Shown here: positions 22,901 to 34,579 of the stretch, piece after piece | How the letters are laid out: every line of letters starts with the position of its first letter | How positions within the stretch are numbered: position 1 is the first letter of the stretch | DNA from: Candidatus Latescibacterota bacterium | Lineage (GTDB): Bacteria > Latescibacterota > UBA2968 | Direction of reading: 5' to 3' | Length of the DNA stretch: 64,000 bases | Assembly: GCA_965205975.1 (NCBI GenBank) | Contig: OZ242195.1 | Coordinates: 1,696,001 to 1,760,000 of the forward strand | Notes under the pieces: model-generated | What the model was told of the DNA's origin: nothing | Seen by the model: only the letters and a program-made list of their open reading frames with translations | Database searches by the model: none | Translations under genes and position numbers: made by a program

Positions 22901-24047
22901 CTTCGAGCCGCCGAATAATAAATGGCTTGAATAATTCCAGAGCCATATGTTTGGGCAGACCGCATTGATAAAGTCTCAAATGAGGATCAACCACAATCAC
23001 AGAACGGCCCGAATAATCGACGCGTTTACCCAAAAGATTCTGTCGGAACCGGCCTTGTTTACCCTTGAGCAGATCGGAAAGCGACTTGAGGGAACGGTTG
23101 CCATCACCGCGAACAGCACGGGACCGACGACCATTGTCAAACAGAGCATCTACAGCCTCTTGAAGCATGCGTTTTTCATTGCGTAAAATGACTTCGGGCG
23201 CTTTGATTTCAATCAGTTTTTTTAGCCGATTATTTCTATTGATCACGCGGCGGTATAAATCATTGAGGTCCGAGGTTGCAAATCGCCCTCCCTCTAAGGG
23301 TACAAGAGGACGCAAGTCGGGCGGAATGACGGGAATCACATCGAGAATCATCCAATCGGGCTGATTGTCCGATTGACGGAACGCCTCAACGACCTTGAGG
23401 CGTTTGAGCGCCTCCTGTTTGCGTTGCACCGAAGTCTCGAAACGAGCTTGCGTTCGCAGTTCTGCAGACAAATCCTCAATATCGATATCAGACAGCAGTT
23501 TCTTGATCGCACCAGCCCCCATATCCACATCAAACGAATACCCCTCGTCTTCGAGATCAATCACTTCGTCTTCTGTTAACAAATCTTTGGATTTGAGATC
23601 GGGCGCGTCGCCAGGATCAAGCACCACATACGATTCGTAGTAAATGATCCGCTCGAGATTGCGAACGGAAAGATTGAGCAAATACCCCATGCGAGATGGC
23701 AGAGACTTAAAAAACCAGATATGTGTCACCGGAACCGCCAATTCGATATGCCCCAGCCGTTCTCGTCTGACTTTCGATTGGGTCACTTCTACCCCACACC
23801 GATCACACACCACCCCCCGATATCGAATGCGCTTGTATTTACCACAATGGCACTCCCAGTCTTTAACAGGTCCAAAAATGCATTCGCAAAATAAACCATC
23901 GCGCTCGGGCTTAAAAGACCGATAATTGATGGTTTCCGGTTTGGTGACCTCGCCGCGAGACCACCCGCGGATGGTATCTGGCGAAGCCAGTTGAATGCGA
24001 ATTGAATTAAAATCTAAGGGTTGATTAGCAAAATTGGCATCGGCCAC
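19956..24047 (-). CDS. rpoC: RNA polymerase beta' subunit
   Basis: NADFDGD catalytic motif, N-terminal Zn finger, [12 protein letters not shown]. Confidence 0.99.
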   Translation of the reverse strand: MADANFANQPLDFNSIRIQLASPDTIRGWSRGEVTKPETINYRSFKPERDGLFCECIFGPVKDWECHCGKYKRIRYRGVVCDRCGVEVTQSKVRRERLGHIELAVPVTHIWFFKSLPSRMGYLLNLSVRNLERIIYYESYVVLDPGDAPDLKSKDLLTEDEVIDLEDEGYSFDVDMGAGAIKKLLSDIDIEDLSAELRTQARFETSVQRKQEALKRLKVVEAFRQSDNQPDWMILDVIPVIPPDLRPLVPLEGGRFATSDLNDLYRRVINRNNRLKKLIEIKAPEVILRNEKRMLQEAVDALFDNGRRSRAVRGDGNRSLKSLSDLLKGKQGRFRQNLLGKRVDYSGRSVIVVDPHLRLYQCGLPKHMALELFKPFIIRRLEEKGLVQTVKSAKKLVERERVEVWDILEEIIQDHCVLLNRAPTLHRLGIQAFLPVLVEGKAIRIHPLVCAAFNADFDGDQMAVHLPLSFEAQIEARVLMLSSNNLLKPADGSPVVVDKPQEIALGLYYLTKIVHGKEEDLKTFSSTGEARMAYDFERIGLHEAVRVRIDGKLLITTVGRVIFNEIIPETMPFINELIDDKGIRKVSSEVHSRYGNRITTNFLDGLKKLGYDYATRSGISIAVSDVVVPPEKEELITGAMDEVEKIIEQHAIGAITEGERYNKVIDVWQHTTNHIAQAMIGAFEKAENGFNSIWIMKDSGARGNDDQIKQLGGMRGLMNKPQKKLTGAIGEIIETPIISSLKEGLSVLEYFISTHGSRKGLADTALKTAEAGYLTRRMVDVSQDVVISEADCGTILGIEMEALKEGEEVVESLSDRIVGRTVLEDVEDPITGDRIVDAGVLLDEELADKIADAGIEGVWVRSVLTCETRRGVCMACYGRNPATGLPVDIGEAVGVIAAQSVGEPGTQLTLRTFHIGGTTNRIAEQAEIGAKRAGKVIFKHLESVQRDENSWVVVGRNGEIEVQDDQGRVRGGHYHVPHGAVLRVREGQNVEEDQALYEWDPYNNVIVSPKAGRVQFVDLVEGMTYREEIDETTSIAGLVVIEHRDRTLSPHILVVDEDGEELGHYIIPLGARLVVRDGDRVEAGDTLAKISRERSKTRDITGGLPRVAELFEARRPKEASVVTEINGSVRFGGMVRGSRVVLVTADEGEEKKYTIPYGRHLRVQEGDHVTAGDRLSEGSVNPHDILAILGDRKVQEYLLDEIQQVYRLQGVKINDKHIETIVRQMLQKVQVTDPGDTNFLEDELVDRFRFLEENEKVLAEGGDPATNNPVLLGITRASLLTESFISAASFQETTRVLTEAAVQGKVDALLGLKENVIIGHLIPAGTGALKYRDLDTDVVEESQVFEALAEESTESIGLPPINA

Positions 24048-24077
24048 GAGAGGACCCCCTTTTCAAATCTTATGTCG

Positions 24078-27000
24078 TCAGTCTATCTGCGCGCTTTCGA
24101 GTACCACGTCTAAACACAGGCTTTGCAATTCTTTAACCAGAACATTAAATGATTCCGGCACACCGGGTTCGGGTGGATTTTCTCCTTTTACAATGGTCTC
24201 GTAAATTTTGGATCTGCCCGCCACATCGTCGGACTTGACAGTGAGCATTTCCTGTAACATGTGTGCAGCACCATAAGCTTCGAGCGCCCAAACTTCCATT
24301 TCCCCAAAGCGCTGTCCACCAAATTGGGCTTTGCCGCCCAAAGGTTGCTGGGTGACCAGTGAATAGGGTCCAATCGAACGCGCGTGAATCTTATCACTGA
24401 CCAAATGCGATAGTTTCAACATATAAATGATACCGACCATCACTTCTTTATCAAATGGTTCCCCTGTTTTGCCATCGTAAAGGAGTGTTTTTCCGTTTTC
24501 GGGCAAACCAGCTTCTCGCAACATATCCTGGACATCGTCCATGCTCGCGCCATCAAACACAGGGGTCGCAAAGTGGAGGTCCAGTTTGTGGGCTGCCCAA
24601 CCTAAATGGGTTTCGAGGATTTGGCCAAGATTCATGCGAGAAGGTACACCGAGCGGATTCAAAACCAGGTCAATAGGTGTACCATCGGGCAAATAGGGCA
24701 TATCTTCTTCGGGCACAATAATCGAAATCACACCCTTATTGCCGTGCCTACCGGCCATTTTATCCCCTACCATCAGCTTTCTTTTTCGAGCGACATATAC
24801 CTTGACCAGTTGCACAATGCCCGGCGGGAGTTCATCTCCGCGTGCAATTTTTTCAAGCTCTCGCTCGAGTTCTTCTTCAGCCTGTTGCATCACGTAAGCC
24901 GCCAGTTCAATCAGTCGATCCACTTTTTGGGTTATCGCTGGACTATCACACCAATCCCCGTCGGGTGTTACAACGCCCAGGTCAAATTTTTCCAGCAACC
25001 TTTCATTCAGCGCCGTGCCAGCCTTTACAACCACCTTGCCGTCTTCATCGCGCAGGGTATTGACTTTGCGGTTTTTGAGAAGAGCCAAAACCTGCTGATC
25101 GCGGCTTTGTTTCAATGACTCAATCTTGTCAGAAATGCGTTTTCTGGCAGCTTCGGTCTTTCCTTTGTCTTCATTTCGCGTCTTTTCATCGCGCTCTTTA
25201 CGAGAAAAAACTTTGCGATCCATGACTACGCCATCCATTCCAGGGGGAGCTTTGAGCGATGCATCGCGCACATCGCCAGCCTTTTCGCCAAAAATCGCAC
25301 GCAACAAACGCTCTTCGGGCGACAATTCGGTTTCGCCCTTTGGGGTCACCTTCCCAACGAGAATATCACCCTGATTGACCTCTGCCCCCACGCGAATGAT
25401 GCCGTGTTCATCGAGATTGCGAACAGCCTGCTCACTCACGTTGGGAATTTCACGCGTAATTTCTTCTGTGCCGCGTTTGGTATCGCGGACCTGGAGTTCA
25501 AATTCTTCAATGCTAATTGACGTGAAAATATCCTTTTTAATGAGCCGTTCAGAAACAATAATGGCATCTTCAAAGTTGTACCCATGCCACGACATAAACG
25601 CCACGAGCACATTGGCACCCAGTGCGAGATCTCCTCTATCTGTGGCACAACCATCGGCTAATAACTGTCCCTTTTCAACTTTATCTCCAACCTGTACGGC
25701 TGGGCGCTGGTTGATACAAAAATCTTGATTGGATCGCTTGAATTTGGTCAGATCGTAAATGTCTTCATCAGACAGCGAAATGGTTTCAAGACTGCGACTT
25801 TTCCTGCGTTTAATGACAATTTTGTCAGCACTGACATACGTCACAACACCGGCGTTTTTCGCAATGATCACAGCCTTTGAATCAACGGCAACTTTGCGCT
25901 CGAGGCCCGTTCCAACACGCGGGGCGTCCGTGATTAAGAGAGGCACACCTTGCCGCTGCATATTGGACCCCATCAACGCGCGGTTGGCCTCATCGTGTTC
26001 GAGAAAAGGAATGAGTCCGGCGGCGGCACTCACAAGCTGGAAGGGTGAAACGTCCATATAGTCAATCACTTCGGGATCAACCACGGGAAAATCGCCTCGC
26101 CGCCTCGCCTGCACGACAGTATTTTGAAACTCGCCCTTATCATCAAGAGCCAGATTGGCCTGTGCAATAGTATGGCGATCTTCTTCGTCGGCAGGCAAAT
26201 ATGCAATATCCTGTGAAACTTTGCCATTTTTGACCTTCCGATAGGGCGTCTCGAGAAAGCCAAAGGGATTGACCTTGGCATACGTTGCCACAGACACAAT
26301 CAGGCCAATATTTGGGCCTTCTGGCGTTTCGATAGGACAAATGCGACCATAGTGCGTGTGATGCACATCACGCACCTCAAACCCCGCCCGATCGCGCGTT
26401 AATCCCCCAGGTCCTAATGCCGATAAACGGCGTTTGTGGGTCAATTCGTCAAGCGGATTGATTTGCTGTAAAAACTGCGACAATTGGCTGCTGCCAAAAA
26501 AGGCCTGAACCACAGTAGATACAGTCCGTGCGTTGACCAGATCGTGGGGAGTCAGTTGCTCGGAATCGCGCAAACTCATGCGTTCTCTAATCGTGCGCGC
26601 CATGCGTGCCAAACCAATACTAAATTGCTTGGAGAGCAACTCGCCTACAGAGCGCACCCGCCGATTGCCCAAATGATCGATATCATCGGTAAACCCATCC
26701 CCCATAGCCAGGATGAGTAGATAGTCAATGACTTTAATAAAGTCATCAATACACAGCATGGTGAAGTCGAGCGGAATATTATCGACCATATCCAGACGCT
26801 GGTTAATGCGATAGCGCCCGACAGTACCCAGATTATAACGCCGAGGACTGAAAAAATGTCGCTCGAGCAATCCGCGCGCAGTTTCAATATTGGGTGGATC
26901 GCCAGGGCGCAGCAGGCTATAAATCCGCGCGAGTGCTTCTTCTTCGTTATCACACGGATCTTTGTCCAGCGTATTGTTAATAATCCCGCCATCGTTTTCG

Positions 27001-27851
27001 GGATCGATATCCATCACAGTGATTTTGACGATCGCATTTTCCTTAAGGGCTAAGAGATGTTCCTCCGTCAACGTGGTATATGCTTCGACAATCACTTCTC
27101 CCGTCTTTTTATTAACCACATCTTCGGTAACAATGCAATCGACGAGTTCTTCAGTAACTCTGACTGTGGTATCACCGTGAAAAATACCCAGAATTTCCTC
27201 GGACTTGTCAAACCCCAAAGCTCTCAACAAAGTCGTAACAGGCAATTTGCGTTTGCGGTCGATATGGACGTACATAATATCGTTGATATCGAGACTAAAT
27301 TCGAGCCAGGCTCCGTTGTCGGGAATGATTCTGGCTGAAAATAAACGCTTGCCATTAGGATGAATGGAGTCGTCAAAAAATACGCCAGGAGAACGGTGTA
27401 ATTGGCTGACGATCACACGCTCTGAACCATTGATGACAAATGTACCTTCATTGGTCATCAACGGCAATTCGCCTAAAAACACTGTCTGCTCGACGATATC
27501 TTTAATGCGAAATTCGCTATTTCCCTGCTTTTCTCGGGAAACCAGACGAAGTGTCGAACGCAGAGGTACGGCATGAGTCGTACCGCGTTCGAGACATTCT
27601 TGTACATCGTATTTAGGAGTTCCAACGGAATAATCTACAAACTCTAAAGAATAGAGATTGTGGGCGTCTGTGATCGGGAAGATACCCTGGAAGACCGCCT
27701 GTAGCCCTTGCTTTTCGCGTACTACAGGCGGTGTATCCTTCTGTAAAAACCAGTCATAAGAATCGAGCTGGATATCCAGCAGATTCGGCATTTCGATTGC
27801 AGACGTGAGAGTTCCATACGATTTCCGGTCAATAAATCCTCTATCTGCCAA
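24078..27851 (-). CDS. rpoB: RNA polymerase beta subunit
   Basis: [24 protein letters not shown]. Confidence 0.99.
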   Translation of the reverse strand: MADRGFIDRKSYGTLTSAIEMPNLLDIQLDSYDWFLQKDTPPVVREKQGLQAVFQGIFPITDAHNLYSLEFVDYSVGTPKYDVQECLERGTTHAVPLRSTLRLVSREKQGNSEFRIKDIVEQTVFLGELPLMTNEGTFVINGSERVIVSQLHRSPGVFFDDSIHPNGKRLFSARIIPDNGAWLEFSLDINDIMYVHIDRKRKLPVTTLLRALGFDKSEEILGIFHGDTTVRVTEELVDCIVTEDVVNKKTGEVIVEAYTTLTEEHLLALKENAIVKITVMDIDPENDGGIINNTLDKDPCDNEEEALARIYSLLRPGDPPNIETARGLLERHFFSPRRYNLGTVGRYRINQRLDMVDNIPLDFTMLCIDDFIKVIDYLLILAMGDGFTDDIDHLGNRRVRSVGELLSKQFSIGLARMARTIRERMSLRDSEQLTPHDLVNARTVSTVVQAFFGSSQLSQFLQQINPLDELTHKRRLSALGPGGLTRDRAGFEVRDVHHTHYGRICPIETPEGPNIGLIVSVATYAKVNPFGFLETPYRKVKNGKVSQDIAYLPADEEDRHTIAQANLALDDKGEFQNTVVQARRRGDFPVVDPEVIDYMDVSPFQLVSAAAGLIPFLEHDEANRALMGSNMQRQGVPLLITDAPRVGTGLERKVAVDSKAVIIAKNAGVVTYVSADKIVIKRRKSRSLETISLSDEDIYDLTKFKRSNQDFCINQRPAVQVGDKVEKGQLLADGCATDRGDLALGANVLVAFMSWHGYNFEDAIIVSERLIKKDIFTSISIEEFELQVRDTKRGTEEITREIPNVSEQAVRNLDEHGIIRVGAEVNQGDILVGKVTPKGETELSPEERLLRAIFGEKAGDVRDASLKAPPGMDGVVMDRKVFSRKERDEKTRNEDKGKTEAARKRISDKIESLKQSRDQQVLALLKNRKVNTLRDEDGKVVVKAGTALNERLLEKFDLGVVTPDGDWCDSPAITQKVDRLIELAAYVMQQAEEELERELEKIARGDELPPGIVQLVKVYVARKRKLMVGDKMAGRHGNKGVISIIVPEEDMPYLPDGTPIDLVLNPLGVPSRMNLGQILETHLGWAAHKLDLHFATPVFDGASMDDVQDMLREAGLPENGKTLLYDGKTGEPFDKEVMVGIIYMLKLSHLVSDKIHARSIGPYSLVTQQPLGGKAQFGGQRFGEMEVWALEAYGAAHMLQEMLTVKSDDVAGRSKIYETIVKGENPPEPGVPESFNVLVKELQSLCLDVVLESAQID

Positions 27852-27924
27852 GGGCTCACGCTCCTGTGCTGGAAGGCTAACGGTCAGTTACGGATTTGTA
27901 TTGCTGCACAAACTTACGACAACT

Positions 27925-28299
27925 CTACTTGAGTTCCACCACCGCACCGGCTTCTTCCAGTTCTGCCTTGATTTGTTCGGCTTCTTCTTTTTCCACGCCT
28001 TCTCTTACGGTGTTGGGAGCCCCATCAACCAGAGCTTTGGCTTCTTTAAGGCCCAATGAGGTAAGGCCGCGCACAACCTTGATCACCTGGATTTTTTTAT
28101 CCCCAGGAGACGACAAAACCACATCAAATTCTGTCTGCTCTTCTGCAACAGGAGCAGCATCGCCGCCACCACCGCCGGGTGCTGCAACAACAGCTGCCTG
28201 CGCAGTCACACCAAACTTTTCCTCAAGAGCTTTGACCAATTCGGCCAACTCTAGCACTGAGAGTTTTTCAATTTCGCTAATAATGGATTCAACAGCCAT
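27925..28299 (-). CDS. rplL: 50S ribosomal protein L7/L12
   Basis: [18 protein letters not shown]. Confidence 0.98.
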   Translation of the reverse strand: MAVESIISEIEKLSVLELAELVKALEEKFGVTAQAAVVAAPGGGGGDAAPVAEEQTEFDVVLSSPGDKKIQVIKVVRGLTSLGLKEAKALVDGAPNTVREGVEKEEAEQIKAELEEAGAVVELK

Positions 28300-28344
28300 G
28301 AACATGCCTCCATCCAACAATGAATTGGGTGTGTAATAAGCGGT

Positions 28345-28878
28345 CTATTCGCCGCTTTCTTCATCTTTTTTTTCAGCAACAGCTTGAAGTGTACCAACGA
28401 GTTTTTGCAAAATACCATTCAGCGTAAAGGCGAGACCACTTATCGGACTTTGCATTGCAGATACCATCTGGCCCAGCAGAACATCGCGCGAAGGTATTTG
28501 GGCCAGCCTCTCTATCTGGTCTGCGACAAATATATCACCATCGATATACCCGGCTTTAATCGCGGGCTTGCCTTCGGTATCTTCAGCGAATTTGGACAGC
28601 AAACGGGCCGGTGCTACGGGGTCTTCATCGGCGCAAACAAGCCCAGTGGGACCGCGAAACACATCGTCGAGCCCCTCAACTCCGGCTTGTTTAAGTGCCA
28701 ATTTAGCCAACCGATTTTTTATTACGCGATAAGAAACCGATTCCTCGCGGAGTTGCTTTCGCAACAGGGTGAATGAAGGAACGTCTAACCCCGTAAAATC
28801 AGTTAGATACACCCCCTTAGCCCGTTTTAAGATATCTGTCAATTCTGCGACAGTAGCCTCTTTTTCAGCAGTTGGCAT
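28345..28878 (-). CDS. rplJ: 50S ribosomal protein L10
   Basis: LRKQLRE, VIKNRL, GPT; position before rplL. Confidence 0.97.
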   Translation of the reverse strand: MPTAEKEATVAELTDILKRAKGVYLTDFTGLDVPSFTLLRKQLREESVSYRVIKNRLAKLALKQAGVEGLDDVFRGPTGLVCADEDPVAPARLLSKFAEDTEGKPAIKAGYIDGDIFVADQIERLAQIPSRDVLLGQMVSAMQSPISGLAFTLNGILQKLVGTLQAVAEKKDEESGE

Positions 28879-28895
28879 TTCTGTACCTTCCTTGT

Positions 28896-29597
28896 TCAAT
28901 TGGCCGCCAGCGCCGTGCGGTCCAGGCGGATGCCCGGCCCCATTGTAGTAGATAATGTGACCGAGCGCATGTACTGCCCTTTTGTAGCAGCTGGACGCGC
29001 TCTAATAATTGCATCGATCAGTACCTGGGCATTTTCCCGAAGGCGCAGTGCATCAAAAGACGCTTTGCCCACAGGCGTATGCACATTGGCCGTTCTATCG
29101 ACTCGATATTCTACACGCCCCGCTTTGGCTTCCTGTACCGCACGCGCCGCATCGGGCGTCACTGTGCCACTCTTCGGATTGGGCATCAGACCTCGAGGTC
29201 CAAGAATGCGCCCCAATCGTCCGACCTGTCCCATCATGTCGGGCGTAGCAATAGCCACATCGAAATCTGTCCAGCCACCATTGATCTTTTCTACCAGGTC
29301 TTCGGCTCCTACAAAATCTGCCCCCGCCGCTTCGGCAGCAGTAGCAGGCTCCCCTTTGGCAAAAACTGCAACGCGTACGGATTTGCCCAGCCCGTGTGGC
29401 AAGACGACTGTGCCGCGCACGAGTTGATCGGCTTGCCGAGGATCAATGCCCAGCCGAAACGAAATCTCAACCGTTTCGTCAAATTTCCGAGTGGGCATTT
29501 TTTTTAAGATGTCAATGGCGTCGGCCAGATCGTAATGTGTTTGGCGGTCAAAAAGCGCAGCCGCTTGTTTATAGCGTTTGGATTGCCCTCGTGCCAT
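28896..29597 (-). CDS. rplA: 50S ribosomal protein L1
   Basis: [29 protein letters not shown]. Confidence 0.98.
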   Translation of the reverse strand: MARGQSKRYKQAAALFDRQTHYDLADAIDILKKMPTRKFDETVEISFRLGIDPRQADQLVRGTVVLPHGLGKSVRVAVFAKGEPATAAEAAGADFVGAEDLVEKINGGWTDFDVAIATPDMMGQVGRLGRILGPRGLMPNPKSGTVTPDAARAVQEAKAGRVEYRVDRTANVHTPVGKASFDALRLRENAQVLIDAIIRARPAATKGQYMRSVTLSTTMGPGIRLDRTALAAN

Positions 29598-29609
29598 ACA
29601 TACCTCCGA

Positions 29610-30035
29610 TCAATTGTTGACGGTCAGGCCCATACTGCGAGCCGTCCCTGCAATCATGCGCTTGGCAGCCTCGACGCTGCCCGCGTTGAGGTCTTGAACT
29701 TTCATTTCTGCAATTTCCTGTAGTTGGGCATCGGTCACGGCCCCCACTTTGTCTCGGTTGGATTCCGGCGATCCTTTGGCAATCCCCGCTGCCCTTTTGA
29801 GCAATACGGATGCAGGTGGGCTTTTCAACACAAAAGAAAAACTCCTATCTGCGTAAACCGTGATAATCGCGGGAATGATCAAACCCTGTTTGTCCTGAGT
29901 TTGTGCATTAAAAGCTTTGCAAAACTCCATAATATTGACGCCGTGCTGTCCCAAAGCCGGACCAACCGGTGGTGTGGGAGTCGCCTGCCCAGCGGGAATT
30001 TGCAACTTGATTGTCGTGAGAATTTTTCTCGCCAT
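29610..30035 (-). CDS. rplK: 50S ribosomal protein L11
   Basis: [26 protein letters not shown]. Confidence 0.98.
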   Translation of the reverse strand: MARKILTTIKLQIPAGQATPTPPVGPALGQHGVNIMEFCKAFNAQTQDKQGLIIPAIITVYADRSFSFVLKSPPASVLLKRAAGIAKGSPESNRDKVGAVTDAQLQEIAEMKVQDLNAGSVEAAKRMIAGTARSMGLTVNN

Positions 30036-30048
30036 TGGTGCCTCTCAA

Positions 30049-30585
30049 TTATCGCGATTCGACAGCTTCTTCAACCTGCAAAACATCTAATTCTACGGGT
30101 GTGTTGCGCCCAAAGATACTAACCATTACTTTGATCTTGCTCTTTTCTGGATTGATGTCGTCAACCAGGCCAATAAAATCACTGAAAGGCCCATCTATCA
30201 CCTTGACGCGATCACCTACTTGATATGGAACATCAGAGGTTTCCTCAACGGGACGGCGCTCAATTTGCCCCAAAATGCGGTTCACCTCTTCCTCGCGCAA
30301 AGGTTGTGGTCTCCGACCCGGACCGACAAAGCTCGTCACGCCCGGCACACTGGTGACAAAATAGAGGGACTCTTTGTCCATATCCAGTTCAACCAAAAGG
30401 TAACTGGGCAAAAATTTCTTGAGGGAGGTCGTTTTCCGTCCATCCTTCATCTCGACGACTTCTTCAGTTGGCACAATCACCCGACCAATTTTGTCGCCAA
30501 CATCGATGTTTTCTTTGGCGGCCTCAATATAGCTCTTGACCTTATTTTCGTGCCCAGAATAAGTGTGGACAACGTACCATTTCAT
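30049..30585 (-). CDS. nusG: Transcription factor NusG
   Basis: MKWYVVHTYSGHE; KOW GDRVKVIDGPF...IFGRNTPVEL. Confidence 0.98.
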   Translation of the reverse strand: MKWYVVHTYSGHENKVKSYIEAAKENIDVGDKIGRVIVPTEEVVEMKDGRKTTSLKKFLPSYLLVELDMDKESLYFVTSVPGVTSFVGPGRRPQPLREEEVNRILGQIERRPVEETSDVPYQVGDRVKVIDGPFSDFIGLVDDINPEKSKIKVMVSIFGRNTPVELDVLQVEEAVESR

Positions 30586-30615
30586 CAGTCGAAGACTCCC
30601 TGACAAAAAATCCCG

Positions 30616-30801
30616 TTAAATCAGGATAAACTCCATAATACTCGCCAAAAAAGTATCTACAATATAAATGAACCCAGCCAGTGCAAGTGACAATATAAGT
30701 ACTATTGTAGTTGATGATTTGAGTTCGTCACGAGTAGGCCAGGTGACTTTTCCCATTTCAACGCGCACTTCGCTGAGAAATTGACTGATTTTGCCAAACA
30801 T
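30616..30801 (-). CDS. secE: Preprotein translocase SecE
   Basis: EMGKVTWP plus a single TM helix. Confidence 0.96.
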   Translation of the reverse strand: MFGKISQFLSEVRVEMGKVTWPTRDELKSSTTIVLILSLALAGFIYIVDTFLASIMEFILI

Positions 30802-30817
30802 AAGAAAATAAAAAAAA

Positions 30818-30893
30818 TGGCAGGCCAGGCAGGACTTGAACCCGCAACCGTCGGTTTTGGAGACCGATGCTCTACCAGTTGAGCTACTGACCT
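30818..30893 (-). tRNA. tRNA-Trp(CCA)
   Basis: AGGTCAG...TCGGTCT-CCA-AAACCGA...GTTCAAGTC...CTGGCCTGCCA, 76 nt cloverleaf. Confidence 0.97.
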
Positions 30894-30905
30894 ACCCAAA
30901 AACAA

Positions 30906-30981
<76 letters not shown>

Positions 30982-31006
30982 GTTGGGCAATCCCCACTTG
31001 AGATTC

Positions 31007-31083
31007 TGGAGCGGGAAACGGGACTCGAACCCGCGACCCTCAGCTTGGAAGGCTGACGCTCTGGCCAACTGAGCTATTCCCGC
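31007..31083 (-). tRNA. tRNA-Gly(TCC)
   Basis: GCGGGAA...TCAGCCT-TCC-AAGCTGA...TTCCCGCTCCA. Confidence 0.97.
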
Positions 31084-31159
31084 CCGACTGTGTATAAAAA
31101 ACGACCCTTTTCTACAAAAGGGACCGGTATTGCCAAAAAATATTTTTCCGAGAATTAGC

Positions 31160-31188
31160 AAGATATGAAAAAGCCCGTCTAAGGTCAA
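31160..31188 (-). promoter_or_regulatory. Promoter upstream of tRNA-Gly
   Basis: TTGACC-17 bp-TATCTT on the minus strand. Confidence 0.6.
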
Positions 31189-31301
31189 GAAAATTTTGTA
31201 TAAACCCAAACCTGTGATAGATCAAAAAAGGTGAGTCGGTATCTTGTGTAATGCGAGCTTGGCACGTTCGCATTGTTTTGGGGGGAAACAGTTGGAGTTT
31301 T

Positions 31302-31387
31302 TGGTGGGGGGTGGCGGATTCGAACCACCGAAGGCATAAGCCAGCAGATTTACAGTCTGCCCCAGTTGGCCGCTTTGGTAACCCCCC
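31302..31387 (-). tRNA. tRNA-Tyr(GTA)
   Basis: GGGGGGT...GCAGACT-GTA-AATCTGC, long variable arm, GTTCGAATC, ACCCCCCACCA. Confidence 0.96.
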
Positions 31388-31405
31388 AAATTGTACAGGC
31401 TTCAA

Positions 31406-31434
31406 AAAATACCAGAAGATATTTCGATAGTCAA
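31406..31434 (-). promoter_or_regulatory. Promoter upstream of tRNA-Tyr
   Basis: TTGACT-17 bp-TATTTT with a TG extension. Confidence 0.6.
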
Positions 31435-31458
31435 GACCAAAATCGCTCACCGCCAATT

Positions 31459-31492
31459 GCAGATTGACAAATCTGCCGACCTTTACTATTTT
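31459..31492 (+). promoter_or_regulatory. Promoter with a palindromic operator over the -35 box
   Basis: TTGACA(31464-69)-17 bp-TATTTT(31487-92); GCAGATT-gaca-AATCTGC palindrome at 31459-31476. Confidence 0.55.
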
Positions 31493-31553
31493 CCGAGTTC
31501 AATTTTCGGCAGTTAATCTTCTCTTATCGGATGCCTGTTGTGAAAGGAGCAAA

Positions 31554-32468
31554 ATGACCGACCCTATTCAAAATTATGCGCGTATCGGTATTGTTCACTT
31601 TATGGCCTATAAAGCCTGCATTGGCGGCGAAGGCCCCATTTTGGAAACCCTGGAAAAAATTGCCCTTGACCCGTATTTCCAGGTCGTAGAAGTCACCCAC
31701 ATGAAAGACCCGCAAGTGCGAGCACAAGCACGCGACTTGCTCACCGCAGCCCACATGGATGTGGCTTTTGGAGCGCAACCCATTCTGCTGGGCAATCAAC
31801 TCAATATCAATGCCCCCGATGTCGCCCACCGTCAAAGTGCTGTTGACGCCGTCAAAGCGGGGATTGACCAGGCAGAAGAACTCGGTGCCCCAGGGTGTGC
31901 CCTGCTTTCAGGCGTAGATCCGGGTCCCGAGGGCCGCGAAGAAGGTCTCGACCTGCTGGTAGATTCTTTGAGCCAGTTCTGCGAGTATGCCGGCGAAAAA
32001 AATATGGACATTGTACTTGAAACCTTTGACCGCGTACCTTACGGGAAAAATTGTATTGTGGGGCCAAACGCCCTCGCGGTTGAAATATCAAATCGCCTCA
32101 GACGTCAATATCCCAATTTTGGCCTGATGCTCGATTTGAGCCATTTCCCCCTCCAGGGTGAAGACACAGTTTACGCCATCAACATCGCTCGGGATCACAT
32201 CGTCCACATGCACGTTGGCAATTGCGTGATGTCCAACCCCAATCACCCGGCTTATGGCGATAACCACCCTCGCTTTGGCTGCGAAGATGGCGAAAACGAT
32301 GTACCCGAAGTTGTAGAATTTCTCCGCGAACTGTTCAACATCGGTTATCTCGACCCCGATAAGCGTCCCATATTGAGCTTTGAAGTCTCTCCAATGGAAG
32401 GAGAATCTTCGGAAATAATTATTGCCAATGCCAAGCGCGTACTCGACGAGGCCTGGGCGCAAGTCTAA
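31554..32468 (+). CDS. Sugar phosphate isomerase/epimerase (xylose-isomerase-like TIM barrel)
   Basis: Metal-ligand pattern LETFD / LDLSH / HMHVGN / DNHP / SFE; AGGAG RBS before MTDPIQ. Confidence 0.8.
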   Translation: MTDPIQNYARIGIVHFMAYKACIGGEGPILETLEKIALDPYFQVVEVTHMKDPQVRAQARDLLTAAHMDVAFGAQPILLGNQLNINAPDVAHRQSAVDAVKAGIDQAEELGAPGCALLSGVDPGPEGREEGLDLLVDSLSQFCEYAGEKNMDIVLETFDRVPYGKNCIVGPNALAVEISNRLRRQYPNFGLMLDLSHFPLQGEDTVYAINIARDHIVHMHVGNCVMSNPNHPAYGDNHPRFGCEDGENDVPEVVEFLRELFNIGYLDPDKRPILSFEVSPMEGESSEIIIANAKRVLDEAWAQV

Positions 32469-32483
32469 ACGCGCACCCAAACC

Positions 32484-32527
32484 AAAAAAGCCGGACTTTC
32501 CCAAAAGAGAAGGTCCGGCTATTTTTT
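32484..32527. terminator. Bidirectional terminator
   Basis: aaaaaagccggac...gtccggctattttt between convergent genes. Confidence 0.8.
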
Positions 32528-32540
32528 ACTCGCGAAATAC

Positions 32541-33299
32541 TCAATTCCAATATTCACTTTGTGCAGGAGGTCCAGATTTTAATGCCCTGTGAATCAACAC
32601 GCCCAAAACACGCGTAAAAACCACCAGTAAAAAAAAATTAAACACCGAAGTCAGCACCAACCCCACCCAGGCTAACTGTCCCAATATCAAACTGCCGAGC
32701 AGAGATATCCCAAATAGACCAAAACACGCTTGAATATAGTCGAGTCGAACAATCTGGCGCAAATCCCTCCAAACTGGCCCCGGCTCAAATACCATCCACA
32801 CACGTCCCTTAGCGGCAAATCGCGTAAATACAACAGGAAAAAAACCGTAAAAAAAGATGACCATAAGTGTAACCAACAGCAACAGAGGCCCGGTTTCTTC
32901 TACAGAACTCGGTATCAAACCCAATACCAAAATCACCATCGAAAAACTCGCAAATCCAATAACGCTATATCCCAGGACAATGAGGAACAACCAGAAGCCA
33001 GCTACTCCGTAAGCCCACCAATTGCTCCACGAAGGCAAGCTCAGTGATTCTGTACCGTTGAGCGCATCGACAAAAATCCGGTATAAGTAACCCCAGGTAA
33101 TGAGCAAAAGTCCAAAGGTTACAATTAAAAACACGATCCCTATCTCAAGCCCAATTTGCCCAGTGAGAATCAGATTCAGCACCAGTGCGAGCAGCAAATT
33201 TAATGCGCCGCCAGGGACAATTTTTTGCCACCATCCAGGCGTCTGAAACACAGTGCGGAGTGTATTAAATAAAATAATGCCAAACATAGCTTTCCACAT
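32541..33299 (-). CDS. Integral membrane protein, DUF4013-like
   Basis: Multiple TMs, GYLYRI...LPSWSNW signature; starts immediately after the metB stop. Confidence 0.65.
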   Translation of the reverse strand: MWKAMFGIILFNTLRTVFQTPGWWQKIVPGGALNLLLALVLNLILTGQIGLEIGIVFLIVTFGLLLITWGYLYRIFVDALNGTESLSLPSWSNWWAYGVAGFWLFLIVLGYSVIGFASFSMVILVLGLIPSSVEETGPLLLLVTLMVIFFYGFFPVVFTRFAAKGRVWMVFEPGPVWRDLRQIVRLDYIQACFGLFGISLLGSLILGQLAWVGLVLTSVFNFFLLVVFTRVLGVLIHRALKSGPPAQSEYWN

Positions 33300-33300
33300 G

Positions 33301-34494
33301 TCAGACTGCGTCAAGTGCCCGTCCAACATCGGCAATAATATCCTCGGCGTCTTCAATGCCCACGGCATAGCGCACCAACTCATCGGCAATGCCAATTGCC
33401 AATCGGTCTTCGCGTGCCAATTCGTAATATGAAATAGATGCAGGATGCGAAACAAGACTCTCCACACCTCCCAGGCTGGCCCCTATACACGGAATTCGCA
33501 AGCGATCAATAAAACCCAGCGTACCTGCCTCATCAGCATCTAAATCAAAACTCACCAGCCCACCAAATCCACGCATCTGCGCTTTGGCAACACCGTGGTG
33601 TGGGTGGCTTTCCAAACCGGGATAATACACGCGCTTTACCCGATCGTGCTTTTCCAAAAACCGCGCTAACATTAGCGCCGTTTCATTTTGCTTACCCATT
33701 CGCAGTGGAAAAGTCTTGATCCCCCGGATCAGCAAATAAGCGCAATGAGGATCAATCACCCCTCCCAAGATACCTCGATAGTCTCGAATCGCACCAACCA
33801 GAGGCGCGTTGCCCAGCACAGCACCAGCCATCAAATCGTTGTGCCCCCCCAAATACTTGGTCGCCGAATGAATGACCAGATCGACGCCAAATTCGAGCGG
33901 GCGCTGGTTTAAGGGCGTAGCAAATGTGCTGTCAATAATTGTCTTGACCCGATGCCTTTTTCCAATATCAACCAGTTTTTCCAGATCGATCACATTGAGA
34001 TGGGGATTTGTCGGAGATTCGGAAATAATCACGCGCGTGGTGTCCCGAATCGCACCTTCCAATTCGGCGTAATCACCCGCGTGAACAAATGTGGTTTCAA
34101 TGCTAAATTTTTTTAACACCATCTGGCAAAATTGCGCGGTTTTGCGATAGCAATCATCCATAATCACCGCGTGGTGCCCGGTTGAGAGCATGCCCAGTAG
34201 CGTAGTCGTCACAGCACTCATACCCGAGGAAAATAAAATAGCGGCCTCTGCGCCTTCCAGTTCTGCCAGCTTGGATTCTGCTGCATGCTGTGTCGGATTG
34301 CCATAGCGTCCGTAGTCAATCTGTGGGTTTTTGCCCGCCACAAATGCCTTAACAGCATGTGTATCTTCAAATACATAAGTCGATGTTTGCGCAATGGGCA
34401 CTGTCAGAGAATTTCCCCAGTGTCCCCTTTCTTCACCTGCATGTACAGCCCGTGTCCCCGAACAGGGCCCGTGCGTTTCGCACTTTTCAGACAT
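33301..34494 (-). CDS. metB: Cystathionine gamma-synthase (PLP, Cys/Met metabolism family), plant-type
   Basis: YGRYGNPT, SSGMSA, DCYRKT, ESPTNP, HSATKYLGGHND, SLGGVES; SAM riboswitch upstream. Confidence 0.85.
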   Translation of the reverse strand: MSEKCETHGPCSGTRAVHAGEERGHWGNSLTVPIAQTSTYVFEDTHAVKAFVAGKNPQIDYGRYGNPTQHAAESKLAELEGAEAAILFSSGMSAVTTTLLGMLSTGHHAVIMDDCYRKTAQFCQMVLKKFSIETTFVHAGDYAELEGAIRDTTRVIISESPTNPHLNVIDLEKLVDIGKRHRVKTIIDSTFATPLNQRPLEFGVDLVIHSATKYLGGHNDLMAGAVLGNAPLVGAIRDYRGILGGVIDPHCAYLLIRGIKTFPLRMGKQNETALMLARFLEKHDRVKRVYYPGLESHPHHGVAKAQMRGFGGLVSFDLDADEAGTLGFIDRLRIPCIGASLGGVESLVSHPASISYYELAREDRLAIGIADELVRYAVGIEDAEDIIADVGRALDAV

Positions 34495-34505
34495 GCGCCA
34501 TCTCC

Positions 34506-34533
34506 AAAAAAAGCGGAGCCACAAAAGCCCCGC
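34506..34533 (-). terminator. Second leader terminator of metB
   Basis: GCGGGGC-TTTTGTG-GCTCCGC-TTTTTTT abutting the GGAG RBS. Confidence 0.7.
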
Positions 34534-34542
34534 GCAGTACGC

Positions 34543-34571
34543 AAAAAAACCGGACTAAAAAGCCCGGTTTT
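34543..34571 (-). terminator. First leader terminator (riboswitch expression platform)
   Basis: AAAACCGGGC-TTTTTA-GTCCGGTTTTTTT. Confidence 0.8.
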
Positions 34572-34579
34572 GGGAATAA

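Noticed and set aside
2135..30603. Numerous plus-strand ORFs of 60-190 aa
   Set aside because: Antisense shadows of conserved ribosomal, RNAP and EF genes, with no recognisable motifs.
31084..31301. Possible extra tRNA or ncRNA in the Tyr-Gly spacer
   Set aside because: No cloverleaf or T-loop; explained by an internal promoter and a small hairpin.
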